From Octopus vulgaris (taxonomy: Eukaryota): a DNA stretch of 64,000 bases. Positions 13,003 through 25,984 of this stretch are shown here, piece by piece; the stretch's first letter is position 1; each line of letters begins with the position of its first letter. The position numbers were made by a program, and so were the translations under genes. The stretch spans positions 43,338,001 to 43,402,000 of the forward strand of contig OX597833.1 of assembly GCA_951406725.2 (NCBI GenBank), read 5' to 3'. The notes under the pieces are model-generated. The model ran no database searches. It was not told the origin of the DNA and saw only the letters and a list, made by a program, of their open reading frames with translations.

Positions 13003-14121
13003 CAGTAGTTTTATTTTTATTTTTATAGCGTGCTTTCACTTCACTACCGAGCGCAGCTCTGTGTGCCTTGGGTATGTGCTGTGATTTGTTGTGATGCTCT
13101 GATGGTTATTGTATGGAAAGTGTTCTGCGTAGGATGTGTGCAGTGCCTAGTAGTGCAATTTTCTGTATGTTATATGTGTTTGTAAATCCTGGTGTTTTTG
13201 TTATGTATTTGTCTGAATATTTTTTTATCATGCCTAATGCACCTACTATGATAGGAATTGTTTCTGTTTTCAGATTCCACATTCTAGTTACCTCTATTTC
13301 CAGGTCTTTGTATTTTGAGAGTTTCTCCATTTCTTTTAGAGACACGTTGTCATCTGCCGGTACTGATACATCAATTAGAAAGCATTTTTTTTCTTCATGG
13401 TCTCTGACAACTATATCTGGTCTGTTGGCCTTAATTTCTCTATCTGTGTGTATCGGCATATCCCAGAGTATGGTTGCTTTCTCGTTTTCTGTGACCTTTT
13501 CTGGTGTGTGCCTATACCATCTTTTTTCTGTTGTTATTCCATAATGTTGGCATAGCTTCCAATGTATGTAAGTTCCAACTCTGTCATGTCTGTGAATATA
13601 TTCCTTCTTAGCCAGGACTGGGCAGCTAGAGATAATATGATTTATTGTTTCTTGTCCATCTCCACATATTCTGCAGTTACTTGTAATATTTCTTTTCATT
13701 ACATGTTTTTGGTAATTTCTGGTGGGGAGGCTTTGGTCTTATGCTGCAATTAAAAATCCCTCTGTTTCTGCTTTGAGTCCTGAGCTTCTCAACCATTGCT
13801 GGGATTTTTCTTTGTCTATTTCTTTTGCGTTTAGTTTAGTCCAGTATTTACCATGAAGGGGCTTTTCTTGCCATCGTTTTATCATGGTTCGTTGCTGTTC
13901 TATTTTTAGTTTGGATTTCATTTTTTTTATAGCTTTTGTTGTTTCTTCATCTTCTTCTTCTTCTTCTTCTTCATGTTTATTAGGTGGTATGATTTCTTGT
14001 TTGTATTTGTCAGCTTCCTTAAATACTGAGAACAGTTTTTTGTTTTGCTCGTGTTTTGCCGCTATCTGGATCAGTTTTCCTTCCTTCTGAAGTAGATATT
14101 TTTGCAGTCCTATGGTGGTTA

Positions 14122-14122
<1 letters not shown>
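13003..14122 (-). mobile_element. 5'-truncated R4/Dong-clade LINE (zinc knuckle + RLE), single nonsense mutation, embedded in (TAA)n
   Basis: Frame reads ...WQEKPLHGKY...ETEGFLIAA*DQSLPTRNY...CRICGDGQETINHIISSC...RHD...RPDIVV...LIDVSVP..EKLSKYKDL...PIIVGALG...QKIALLGTAHILRRTL; TAA runs on both sides. Confidence 0.93.
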
Positions 14123-14166
<44 letters not shown>

Positions 14167-14331
14167 CGTCATCATCATCACATGATTATTATTATTAGTA
14201 GTATTAGCATTATTATTATTATTATTATCATCATTATTATCGTCATCATCATCACATTATTATTAGTAGTAGCATTAGCATTATTATTATCATCATCATC
14301 ATCCTTATTATTATTATTATTATTATTATTA

Positions 14332-14362
<31 letters not shown>

Positions 14363-14569
14363 CATCATCATCATCATCATCATCATCATTATTGCTGTTG
14401 GATTCTTTTTGTTACTCTTATTGTTTGTGTGCTGTCTCATGTCAGTTCCGATCCAACAGACTTGTGATCAAAGGCGTTCCAGCTGTCATCATGCCGTCTT
14501 GTATATCAAGGACTGCATTATTCAGCATAGTCCTTCATATACAAAACGGAATGAGGTATCTGGATAGCA

Positions 14570-15095
14570 TGACGCTGACATCTTGGTACGGATTGGTTAA
14601 GGAAGAATTAAATTTAGTATCGTCGCCATTGAAGTGAGCATTGCTGGCTGGTGACAGGATGTGGGTCGTTGGTGATAGAAGAATGTGGGGAACAAAGCCG
14701 AGTGCTCCGGTAGATGATGGGATGAGGGCTAGAGAAAATTCCATCATCATACGTCGCAATGGAGCCATCTCACAGGAACCCTCCGAAAGAAGGTGGAATA
14801 GATGCATTCCATAGGTAGCAATTTTGCGTGAAGATCTGCATGCCAAATATGTTCGAAAGCTTGTACTGCTATCAAGTGCAATAAAAATGTTTTCGTTAAA
14901 TTCTCGTGTGCCCACTGAGTGTAATGTCCCAATTAGATCAGGCTTTCCGAAATCCGTGAAAGGATTAGGGATGAAGATGGAGTAAAGATGTTAGGGAATA
15001 TGGTTGTTTATAATTGTCTCAATCACTTTTGGTATGTTGAATGTTATAGCAACTGGACAACAGTAGATAGTGTCAGAAGGATTGCCGTTCCCAGA
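14570..15095 (-). mobile_element. Decayed CR1/L2/Jockey-group LINE reverse-transcriptase fragment
   Basis: Frameshifted motifs PKVIETIINNH, FIALDSS/AFEHIWHADLHAKL and a final NAHFNGDDTK, in RT order (ALDISKAFDRVWH...FADD). Confidence 0.6.
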
Positions 15096-15104
15096 ATCAA
15101 GATA

Positions 15105-15349
15105 TCTTTTACTTAACCCAGTCACTGGGCTGCGGCTATGCTTGGGAACCACCTTGAAGGGTTTAGTCGCCCATTACATATTATGGGTGTTTTCTTTTTT
15201 AAGCTTAGTACTATTCTCTCTCGTGTATTTCTTACCGAACCACCAAGTTACAGGGACGTAAACGAACCAAAACTGGTTGTCAAGCAATGGTGGAGGACAA
15301 AAACTGACTCAAAAACACACACGCGCGCAGGTATATATATATATATATA

Positions 15350-15389
<40 letters not shown>

Positions 15390-15601
15390 CACACACACAC
15401 AAATACATACACACATACACATACATATATATATACGTATATATATACATAAGACTGGCCTTTATCATTTTGCAAATCCACTCACAAGGCATTGTTCAGC
15501 CCAGGGCTGTAGGTGACACTCGCCCAAGGTACCACGCAGTGTGAATTAACTCGGAATCTTGTTTGGCTGGGAAGCAAACCTCTTACCACACGGCCACGCC
15601 T
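15105..15601 (-). mobile_element. SINE family A copy
   Basis: Homologous to 2005-2411, with an expanded internal microsatellite. Confidence 0.8.
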
Positions 15602-16711
15602 TGGGGAGAAAGAATGGAAAACAGAAGAAAGAAATAAACCTTGAACAGCACAAGCGCCAACTTTAGGGTATATTATTATAGGGTAATAGAAGGGATATTA
15701 TCAGAAATTGTAACCTTAATAGTTTAAAGCAAACTGAAAGCACCTTTGTATGTTAATTATTTGGATGTAGGCATTGCTTTGAGCTCTTTCTTAGGAGCGC
15801 CATGACGGTTGTTTTAAACATTTTAGGCCAACCATGTATGATCACGGCCGATTTTTGCTGAAAGAGAGAAAAAGAGCGAGTGAGAAAGAGAGTGCATGTG
15901 TGTGTGTGTGAAAGAGACAGACGGGGTAGTGAGATTGAGGGTGTAGTGAGAGAGAGAGAGAGAGAAAGAATGAAAAGAGAAGAACTGACTGTTGTACAGA
16001 AAAGGCACTCTTTTATTGACCCCAAGAAGATGAAGGCAAGGTTGACCATAGCAGTATTTGAACTCATAGCGAAGAGAACCGGAGCGAATAACGCAAGGAA
16101 TTCTAACCAAGATTTTAACAACTCCACCAGTCCTTCTTTAGAAAACTATGGGGGGAAAGTATGGTATTTTAAGTCCGACAGCGGTATTTCGTCCGTCTTA
16201 ACGTTCTGTGTTCAAATTCCGCCTAGGTCGACTTTGCCTTTCATCCTTTCGCGGTCGATCAGTTAAGTACCAGTGAAACTTTGGGGTCGATGTAATTGAC
16301 TAGTCTCCTTCCCCAAAATGTCAGACCTTGCATCTATAGTAGAAAAGATTATATTTTGTATTTCCTGTGCTCCATATATTTGTATCAAGCACAGTTGTGT
16401 CTATTACCATTAACACCTGCAGCTTGATGAGGATTTTCCATATAGCCACTGTTGACGCTGGGGTTCTTGCCCTCCACGAAGAATTTGGAGTATAAGTCCA
16501 AATCCTTTATTGTTCTACTATGTGTTTCCTATTATGTGTATACCCAGCTCTCACCTATTGTGTATTTACAACCCACAAAACAACCCATCAAATACACAAT
16601 TACACACACACATACACACACACACACACACGCACATACACACACTCATATATACACACATATATTAAATATGTATGCATATATCTATATACATACATAC
16701 ATACATATATA

Positions 16712-16766
<55 letters not shown>

Positions 16767-16769
<3 letters not shown>

Positions 16770-16965
16770 TAGTTTTATTTTTATAGCGTGCTTTCACTTC
16801 ACTACCGAGTGCAGCTCTGTGTGCCTTGGGTATGTGCTGTGATTTGTTGTGATGCTCTGATGGTTATTGTATGGAAAGTGTTCTGCGTAGAATGTGTGCA
16901 GTGCCTAGTAGTGCAATTTTCTGTATGTTATATGTGTTTGTAAGTCCTGGTGTTTTTGTTATGTT
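16767..16965 (-). mobile_element. R4/Dong-like LINE 3' end, near-identical to 13003-13205
   Basis: Same 3'UTR (…GTGAAGTGAAAGCACGCTATAAAAATAAAACTACTG) running into (TAA)n. Confidence 0.9.
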
Positions 16966-17045
16966 TTCCTTCCATATTTTATATGTATGTGTTGTATTTT
17001 CATTTTGTGGGTAGAGCATTGCTGTGAAGTATGCGTGTAAGATAG

Positions 17046-17095
<50 letters not shown>

Positions 17096-17123
17096 GATTA
17101 TTAAAAAGCAGCAAAAAATTACG

Positions 17124-17169
17124 AAAACTGTTACTCAGAGTTTCACGTTCCCGTTCGTCGGACAGTTTT
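17124..17169 (-). ncRNA. Type I hammerhead ribozyme (U4C core variant)
   Basis: Minus strand AAAACUGU-CCGACGA-ACG(GGAA)CGU-GAAA-CUCUGAG-UA-ACAGUUUU: 8-bp stem I, GNRA-capped stem II, near-palindromic stem III, GUA cleavage triplet. Confidence 0.82.
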
Positions 17170-17980
17170 GTTTAGATGTATGTATGTATGTATGTATGTA
17201 TGTATGTATGTATGTATGTATGTATGTTTGTATGTATGTATGTATGTATGTATGTATGTATGTATGTATGTATGTATTCGTGCATTCAAGAATGTGATAT
17301 ATAAAGAAGCCTCTAAGTTGTCATTTCACCTGCTAGTCGGAGCAGCCAATTCTCATTCAAATTACATACTAATATCTTGCAAATGGAAGGCTAGAAATGT
17401 GTGTATATATATATATATATTTATGCTGAAACATAGAAATATACGATATGACTGCTGCGTATGCCTGGAATGCGTTTGATCATGGTTCTGCTCCTACGGG
17501 GAACACACGGGATTAAACAACGATTGTCACCATCCTACCCAACCAACCAACCGGCTTATCTAACCACTCGTTCTCATAAGCTACGCGGAATATTCACTTT
17601 GACGAGTCCGGCAGACGAAAACGGTAACTGGATAGCATAGCTCCATTATTTTCAATCATCGCCCGAATCTCTCTCCCATTCCTAAGAGAAACAAAGGATG
17701 CTGTGTGCGAGATTTTTTTTTGCGATCTACGAACGCATATATATATCTGTTGGTACATGTGTATATGTGTGCCTGCGGAGTTTGTGTGTGTGTGATGGGG
17801 TCTGATAGCTGGGAGAGAATGAAATGAGGTAGACTGGATCACGTGATCATTGCATAAAAACGATGCGGGGACATGAGATAAATAGTGTGTTTGTATTTCT
17901 ATCTCTCCACTATACACACACACATAAACACACGCATACACACACACAATCACACACACATACACACACTCACACACACA

Positions 17981-18157
17981 CGAAAGGGTGCTGAAATATT
18001 CCTGGTTCCAATGGCTTTAAATGTATGGCGAAAGACTTAGGTAGAAGAGCTTAGACAAAGTGAATCTGAGAGAGGAATATATTGAATAAAATCATAGTTA
18101 ACTGATCCCCTTGTATTCTCTTTTAACCAAAGCCAGAAACTTTTCAATGCCCTCTCA
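17981..18157. mobile_element. Mariner-type MITE, degenerate
   Basis: Ends resemble the TIRs of 31760-31976 (CGA.GGG.TGCTGAAA…CCTGG / CCAGAAACTTTTCA..CCCTC). Confidence 0.6.
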
Positions 18158-18163
18158 TATTTT

Positions 18164-18572
18164 GTCTTTTACATGTTTCAGTCATTAAACTGCTTCCAAG
18201 CCGAGGCACCACCATGAAGGCTTTAGTCAAACAAATCGACTCCACTGCTTTTTTTCAAGAATGGTACTTATTCTATCGATGTCTTTTCCCGAATCGCTAG
18301 CTTACGAGGATGTAAACAATCCAACACCGGTTGTCAAACAGTGGTGGGAGACGAACAAGCACAAAGACATTCAGACTCACACATACATACATATATACAC
18401 GCGCGCACACACACACATATATTACGGGCTTCTTTCAGTTTCCATCTACAAAATCTACACCCAAGTCTTTGCCCGGCTCGTGGCAGTGGTTGAGAAGCAA
18501 GTTTCTAGTCAGGCCTCAAAACATCAAAACCCAGTTACCAGCGTAGTAGGCAGGTATACTTACCACCACACT
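18164..18572 (-). mobile_element. SINE family A copy, decayed
   Basis: Homologous to 2005-2411. Confidence 0.72.
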
Positions 18573-18699
18573 ACATACATACATACATACATACATACAT
18601 ACATACATACATACATACATACATACATACATACATACATACATTCATAGACACGTATATCACTTTGTATATATAACATTGTATACACCCGTTCATTGA

Positions 18700-18972
18700 A
18701 TTCGGTCAGACCTGGCTGCGGTCCGTGATGTCTGGCGCCACACGATCTTCAACACAGTCAGCAAGTTTGAGAAACAAAGAAGAGATGCACTTAAAGACAA
18801 GAGACGCAAGAGAAAGGTGCAAGCCACCTCTGACACCACACCGGATGTTACCTTCGTCTGTGGACACTGCTCACGGACCTGCCTTTCCCACATTGGACTT
18901 GTCAGTCATGAGCGTGAATGCACGCGACGTGGACAGCCTTCCTAATCTTCGTTCGCGAAGCCAAGCCATGCC
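18700..18972 (+). mobile_element. RTE (BovB-like) LINE 3' end
   Basis: Reads AAVRDVWRHTI...KFEKQRRDALKDKRRKRK...TFVCGHCSRTCLSHIGLVSHEREC (C2H2-like tail), then TAATCTTCGTTCGCGAAGCCAAGCC. Confidence 0.8.
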
Positions 18973-18984
18973 ATATACATATAT

Positions 18985-19232
18985 GGTACAGGACGTCACA
19001 AAACGTAAACAACATAAAATACGAGGCAAACTTGGGTATGCGAACAACGAGAGAAACAAATAGAAAACAAGACAAGTAACATAAAGAAATGTGAAGTAGA
19101 TGAACAGCCGACAACTGATGAAGGGGCGTTCTTTATGTTGCTTGTCTTGTTTTCCATTTATTTCTCTCATTGTTCGCATACCCAAGTTTGTCTCGTATTT
19201 CATGTTGTTTACGTTTTGTGACATCCTGTACC
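18985..19232. repeat. Fold-back element: 104-bp inverted arms around a 40-nt loop (Penelope pLTR-like)
   Basis: 18985-19088 is the near-perfect reverse complement of 19129-19232; the loop contains CAGCCGACAACTGATGAAGGGG. Confidence 0.85.
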
Positions 19233-19305
19233 CATATATGCATATATATATTTACATATATATGTAAGTATGTACATATATGTATGTGTAAACATATATA
19301 TATAT

Positions 19306-20538
19306 CTGATTCTGTCCCCTGCCTTCCACCCTCTTTGATTCCCTCTCTCTCTGTCTCTCTTTCTCTCTCTCTCTCCTGCAACCTGCTGCTTCTTAACCAT
19401 TCTGTTGGCCATCGTATCTCGACCAACATGTGTCCCCGCTACCGAAACGGTAATTATTTCTACGCCAGCTGCTATGTTGTTGTTGTTTTTGTCTCATTTG
19501 GTCTAAAGTCGTATGACAACCACCGTTATATATATTTTGTTTATTCATTACTGTTTTCAATTTCGTTTTCGTCTCTTGTATTTACATCCGTCTTGTGCGT
19601 TCACATTCCTGTCTTCTACCAAGAAATCTAATGCTTACAGCTTAGTTTTTTTCTTGGGGCTGGCCGAGTTGGAGCAAATATCAGAATTGAACAGCCGAAA
19701 TTTGCTATGATGATTCGGTGTCTGACTGAAGATTGAAGGCTTCGAATGATTTGTCTGTGTTCCGTGTTCGTCCCTTCCTGTATTTCACGTTCATTATATA
19801 TAAAAACATTTATTCTTATATTATTGCGGCGTTACGTGCACCCACCCCCCGTTTGTTTGTCCAATTTTAAACCCTGCACGACTTCTATACACACTGTCTT
19901 TCCTACCCGCCATTGCTTCTTCACCAAACTATTTTGGCGCCCTCCGATTCTTCCCCCTCTTCCTCCCATCCTCCTCCCCTCTTCCTCCCATCCTCCTTAA
20001 TCCCTTCTTTCTCCTTTTCTCTTGGTCACTGATTCTGTCCCCTGCCTTCCACCCTCTTTGATTCCCTCTCTCTCTGTCTCTCTTTCTCTCTCTCTCTCCT
20101 GCAACCTGCTGCTTCTTAACCATTCTGTTGGCCATCGTATCTCGACCAACATGTGTCCCCGCTACCGAAACGGTAATTATTTCTACGCCAGCTGCTATGT
20201 TGTTGTTGTTTTTGTCTCATTTGGTCTAAAGTCGTATGACAACCACCGTTATATATATTTTGTTTATTCATTACTGTTTTCAATTTCGTTTTCGTCTCTT
20301 GTATTTACATCCGTCTTGTGCGTTCACATTCCTGTCTTCTACCAAGAAATCTAATGCTTACAGCTTAGTTTTTTTTCTTGGGGCTGGCCGAGTTGGAGCA
20401 AATATCAGAATTGAACAGCCGAAATTTGCTATGATGATTCGGTGTCTGACTGAAGATTGAAGGCTTCGAATGATTTGTCTGTGTTCCGTGTTCGTCCCTT
20501 CCTGTATTTCACGTTCATTATATATAAAAACATTTATT

Positions 20539-20543
<5 letters not shown>
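19306..20543 (+). repeat. Tandem non-coding repeat, 723-bp period (~1.7 units), flanked by (TA)n
   Basis: CTGATTCTGTCCCCTGCC starts at 19306 and 20029; copies are almost identical. Confidence 0.93.
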
Positions 20544-20588
<45 letters not shown>

Positions 20589-20662
20589 GATTGAACGCCA
20601 CACATCCATTTCCAAGTAAGTTTATCTTATATATATATATGTATATCTTTACATCTCTCTCT

Positions 20663-20716
<54 letters not shown>

Positions 20717-20739
20717 CTTTGGCGTTTAAAATTACAATG

Positions 20740-21590
20740 TTGACATCAAATGTAAACTTCCACAAAAATAATTATATTGGCAGGCTTAAGATCAGTGTAA
20801 AGAACCTTCGAGCGTTGTATGATATCATTCAGATAGCATCTGCAAAAAAATAGCTACAATAGTTAAATACATCGACTAAGTGTTCAAAAGTGAAGGGTAA
20901 AACATTTTGAAGGTCGATAATGAGCTCCTCAAGAAACTCCCACTTCCTAATGACTTCATTTAAGAATCCAGAAGAACAGGATGAGCATATCTCAGCAAAG
21001 ACCTAGTAGAGAAACAGTTTGCATTCACAGAAAGGTTATGACTTGGTATATTCTAGTAAATCTGCAGATGATAATAATAACTTGATGGGTCGCCTCTCTT
21101 GAATGCGTAGCCGTTACATTATGTCACATTTCGAAAGTTTTACTTTTGTAATCGAAGAGCAGAAGATAGCTACGAAATATCTTGTGAACAAACGAACGAT
21201 GAAGGCAAGATACAATTGCAAACATCGTTTATGCCATTATTCTGTCGAGGATATGAGAAAATATAACCAGAAATTCATCAGAAATATCATCGAGGTACTA
21301 CCTCCCATTGCAACACGATGTTGTTGCTGAAACAATATACAATGCCATCCGCTGAAAAGGGATATATAAAAAACATTTCTACTGAATACATATATATGGG
21401 AGCAAGGAATATTAGCGGAGCATTCCTATCAAAACTGCTACTAAGTTTAAATATAATAGACCTGATATAGTTATTTGAGACAGAAAAATTAGAGAGGTGA
21501 GTTGCCCTGTAGATGTGAACTTCTCTTTCGGAATCAGAGAGGTTAAATATTTATGGATAACTGCTTCAAAACCTGCAACTTTTCTATCCT
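20740..21590 (+). mobile_element. Decayed R4/Dong-like RLE LINE fragment
   Basis: SHFESFTFVIEEQKIATKYLVNKR...CKHRLCHYSVED...SRYYLPLQHDVVAETIYNAIR...RPDIVI...SCPVDVN, with stops and frameshifts. Confidence 0.75.
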
Positions 21591-22273
21591 TAAATCCTTA
21601 AAAATGTCTTAGCCAGAAGGCCGCGGCCATGCTGGGGCACCACCGCTGATAATTTATACAAATAATTTATACCAATAAGCATCTGTGCACTTGGTTATGT
21701 TAATAAATATCGAAGCAAAACCTGGAAAAGCTAAGATATTCAAGCAAAGAAAGAGACCAGTTAACACGAACTTTACTAATGCAGTCTATAAGTGGAATAG
21801 TAAAAATATCCAAGATTTTCCAAAGGTCTCGGATATTTTTACAATGATTCAATTATCACTGTTATTAATCAAACTTTGGTGATGACGTTTCTGTTTCCTT
21901 GTTAGAAACCATTTCCCACCTTCTAGGAAGAATTCTTAATAGATTAAAAAAAAGAGTGAAGGCATACGGATGTAGATGAAGATAAGCAAGAGGATGGGTT
22001 TTACCCTACATTTTGAGCTGAAGGGACTTAGAGTGCTTATAGCACTTAATGCACCCTCTTTCTCAACCTCAAACTCACGAATGTATTTGCATGCCTCTAG
22101 TTCCTAAAACACATATTCATGGTTGTATTCAGGCTAAATGGCTAAGAAGTTCGCTTTGTATCTACGTGATTATGGTTTCAGTCTTATTGCGCTTCGCCTT
22201 GAGCAAGTGCCTTTCACTATAGCACTGATATAAAAACGGTTTGTGGTAAACGAAAACTATGTGGAAACCCATC

Positions 22274-22383
<110 letters not shown>

Positions 22384-22699
22384 TCCCCAGTTAGTAAGTA
22401 CTATACCTACTCATAATAAGTGATAGTCTCTTTCTCCAAATTTGAATAAATTTTAGATTTATATTTTTTCCTTTATTCTAACGTGTCAAAGTACTTAGAA
22501 CTTATAGACCACTGTTGTGATGATGTGCATAGGGTTTGTAAGGTCTCTTGATTTTGTCGACTACACAGTATAGTAGGATCAGTTGGGTACCGTCTGAGAG
22601 AAAAACAGCACCATGGCACAATTCACTCAGCCAGAAATTTGGAAACGATATGCTGTACTGCTTGGCATTTGCATGTGGTTGAGAAGCATGATTGCGAAT

Positions 22700-22840
22700 T
22701 CAATCCCACTGCATGGCACCTTGGGCAAGTGTCTTCTACAATAACTTCAGGCTGACCAAAGTCTTGACTGGATTTGGTTGACAGAAACTGAAAGAAGCCT
22801 GTCGTGTATGTATATATTTGTTTGTGTGTGCACGTGTTCG

Positions 22841-22887
<47 letters not shown>

Positions 22888-23097
22888 GTGTGTGTGTGTG
22901 TCTGTGTTTGTCCCCCGACGCCGCTTGACGACCGGTATTAATGTGTATATGTCCTTGTAACTCAGCGGTTCGCCAAATAAGTCCAATAGAATAAGTACCA
23001 GACTTCCAAAAAAATAAGCACTGGAATCGACTTGTTCAACACAAATTCCTCAAGTGGTGACCCAGTATGGCCACAATCTAATGACTAAAACAAGTGA
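22700..23097 (+). mobile_element. SINE family A copy
   Basis: Homologous to 2005-2411. Confidence 0.78.
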
Positions 23098-23131
23098 ACG
23101 AGTGTGTGTGTGTGTGTGTGTGTGTGCGTGT

Positions 23132-23177
<46 letters not shown>

Positions 23178-23927
23178 ACAAGTATGCACGTACGAGTGTG
23201 TTTAGCAGCGGTAGCAATGGTGGTGTTAGTGTTACTCCTAACTGTAGAGCTGAGAGGAGATAGGACTACTGCTGCTGCTACTGCTACTGCTGCTGCTGCT
23301 GCTGCTGCTGGCAATAAGGAGGTGGAGCAAGAGAAGGAAGTCTGTAGTGATGAGGAAGACGGTGAAAGCGAGAGAAATGGTGAAGACGTAGGTAATGGCA
23401 ATGCGTGAGAATTTTCTTAATTTTCATAACAAGGCCATTTTTTGTGCTTCGAAGTCTGAAGTCTGTCTCTGCGTGCGTAAGTGTATGTGTGTGATTGTAC
23501 GTGTTTGTGCGTGTGTGCGTGTTATGTTCATGTGTATGTGTGTAGCGGGGAGGGGGTAGTGTGAGTGTGTTATGCGTTTGTGAGTTTTGTGCGTATGTGA
23601 GATTGGGCTGTGTAATTGTGTGTATGCAATTGTGTATATATACTTGCACACGCGCACATGTAATGTGTGTGTGTGTGTATAAATATGAATGTATATACGT
23701 ATATGTGCGTATGTAAGATTATCAAGATGTGTGTGTGTATGTGTGTGTGTGTATATGTGTGTTTGTAACGACAGATATATATGCGTGTATAATATATTAG
23801 GTTAATTGTAGGCAATGAGTCACACACGCATACACATACATATACATACTTGTAACATTGTTTTTGTATATATGACAATACGTTATTTATGTGTCAGTGT
23901 GTATGAGTGTATTAGTGTGTGTATGTA

Positions 23928-23972
<45 letters not shown>

Positions 23973-24094
23973 TATATTATATAATATATATTAAATATAT
24001 ATATGTATGTGTTTATGTATATATATATATGTGTATATATGTATTTATATGGATATGTATACTTTATTTAAAGCAGCAGAAAATTTAACAAAGC

Positions 24095-24132
24095 CTGTTA
24101 CTCTGAGTTTCCCGTTGCCGTTCATCGGACAG
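24095..24132 (-). ncRNA. Type I hammerhead ribozyme, same family as 17124-17169
   Basis: Minus strand CUGU-CCGAUGA-ACG(GCAA)CGG-GAAA-CUCAGAG-UA-ACAG; one mismatch at the base of stem II. Confidence 0.72.
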
Positions 24133-24142
24133 TTTTTGCTAG

Positions 24143-24228
<86 letters not shown>

Positions 24229-24879
24229 AGATAGATAGATACATACATACATACATACATACATACATCTAATAACGAAAAATAGAAGAGTCATACATAC
24301 GTTCACACGCATATACACACAGATACGCACGCATACATATATATATATGTGTGTATGCTTATATGTATGTGTATATATGCTTACATGTATGTGTATATAT
24401 GTGTGTGTTTGCGTGCACGTGTACATGTTAAAGACAATATGGCGTTTGTGTTTGAGCTCAAAATTTTTCTATTCAAAATTTTTCACATTCCCTTTGCGTT
24501 TATGTTTGGAACAATAATGTCCCTATGTCCATTGATGTTTCGAAATCTTCTCGACCTCAAATTCTGAATGAACTGGTGATTGTAGTAGGCAGCAAGAGGT
24601 TATGGGAATGATATCGTAACCGATAAAGATCAACATTGCCAGATTTAACACTGACTAACGGTTCAACTCTTCGTTACTACCATAGTTTATTTCCACGTGT
24701 GCTGTATCTGTGTTGATTTTAGGTTTGTATTTTACTATCAATAAAGCCTCCATTGTTAATCTCTCAGGTTTACATGGCGGAATTCTCTATAGGATAGAAG
24801 TGTTATCGACTGATATTTTTTATATAACTTCTATAAAAGCATGGTCTTTCTTATATGCCTGTTATATCAATTTTTTTCT

Positions 24880-25121
24880 CTGCCTACCCGAGTCATGCTG
24901 ACTCATAAGGGCTGGTTTCCCGATTTCATGACGTATAAATTTCCCACCTGGATGGGGCGCCGGTCTGTCGTAGGATTACTCATTTTTGCCAGCAGAGTAG
25001 AGTGTAGCGACGTGAAATGATGTGTTTTGCTCAAGAACACAACGTGTCGCCCGGTCCAGGAATCGAAACCACAATCTTACGATCATGAGTCCAACACCCT
25101 AACCACAAACTCACGCACTTC
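24880..25121 (-). mobile_element. SINE family C copy
   Basis: Matches 31212-31451 (TTTTGCTCAAGAACACAACG..CGCCCGGTCCAGGAATCGAAACCACAATCTTACGATCATGA). Confidence 0.8.
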
Positions 25122-25339
25122 TTATAACAATAGTAAGTACTGTCTCATGCCCAAGGTTTCACAGAGTCAGAATCCAGTTCCTATGACATATATATGACCT
25201 AGAACACATTTTCCGCTCAACTGGATGCCAGTCCTTCTCGCCCGGTTTTGGAATCGAAACGATGATGTTGCTATCATAAGTGCAACACGTGTTCTACTGT
25301 TATAATAATGCTTGCTTACTTGCTTCATGCTCTAGCTCG

Positions 25340-25590
25340 ACTTGGCTGGAGTCACTCCGGGTTAGTGGCACCAGAGACGGCATTTGAGCCTCTGGAGATC
25401 TTCCCCATTCACATCCAGCCATCTGGTGAAGTGCCTGCCATGAGGCCTCTTCCAGCCCACAGCTGCTGCGTCGAATGAGAGTAAAGCCCTGGTAGAATGA
25501 TCTAGTGGGAGATGTAAGACGTCCGCAGCAGCGCATTCGAGGGAGTGCGACGGATAGCTATGAGGTGGGAGGCTACGGGCTGATTGCGGG
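25340..25590 (-). mobile_element. RTE LINE 3' fragment
   Basis: DVLHLPLDHSTRALLSFDAAAVGWKRPHGRHFTRWLDVNGEDL resembles the RTE GHV.R...W.RPRGRP..RW.D motif. Confidence 0.65.
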
Positions 25591-25984
25591 TGCGCACGCA
25601 GTTTTTTGTTATAACAATACAAAAACTAATTCATTGACACATATGCACCAATACAAATTCCAATAAAAGCATAAAAATTGCACATAATACGCCACATGAA
25701 GCAAATTCACACTAGTTGTAGAATTAATAAATACGTTATTCAAACATATAAAACGGAATATGTGAATCATTTCTAACCGTAATCTAAGTTACAACTATAT
25801 TACAAAAACACTAAAATTTAAAGAAAAAAAGCCTTTTTACTGATATGAAACCGCAAACCTCAAACCTGTAAACTTCTACTTTGCAAGCTACAAACTTGCA
25901 AGCCACAATCAATCTCATTATACAAATTTCAATGTAAATACGGAAGTTTTAAATGCCATTACTCAAATTATCATACTGGACACA

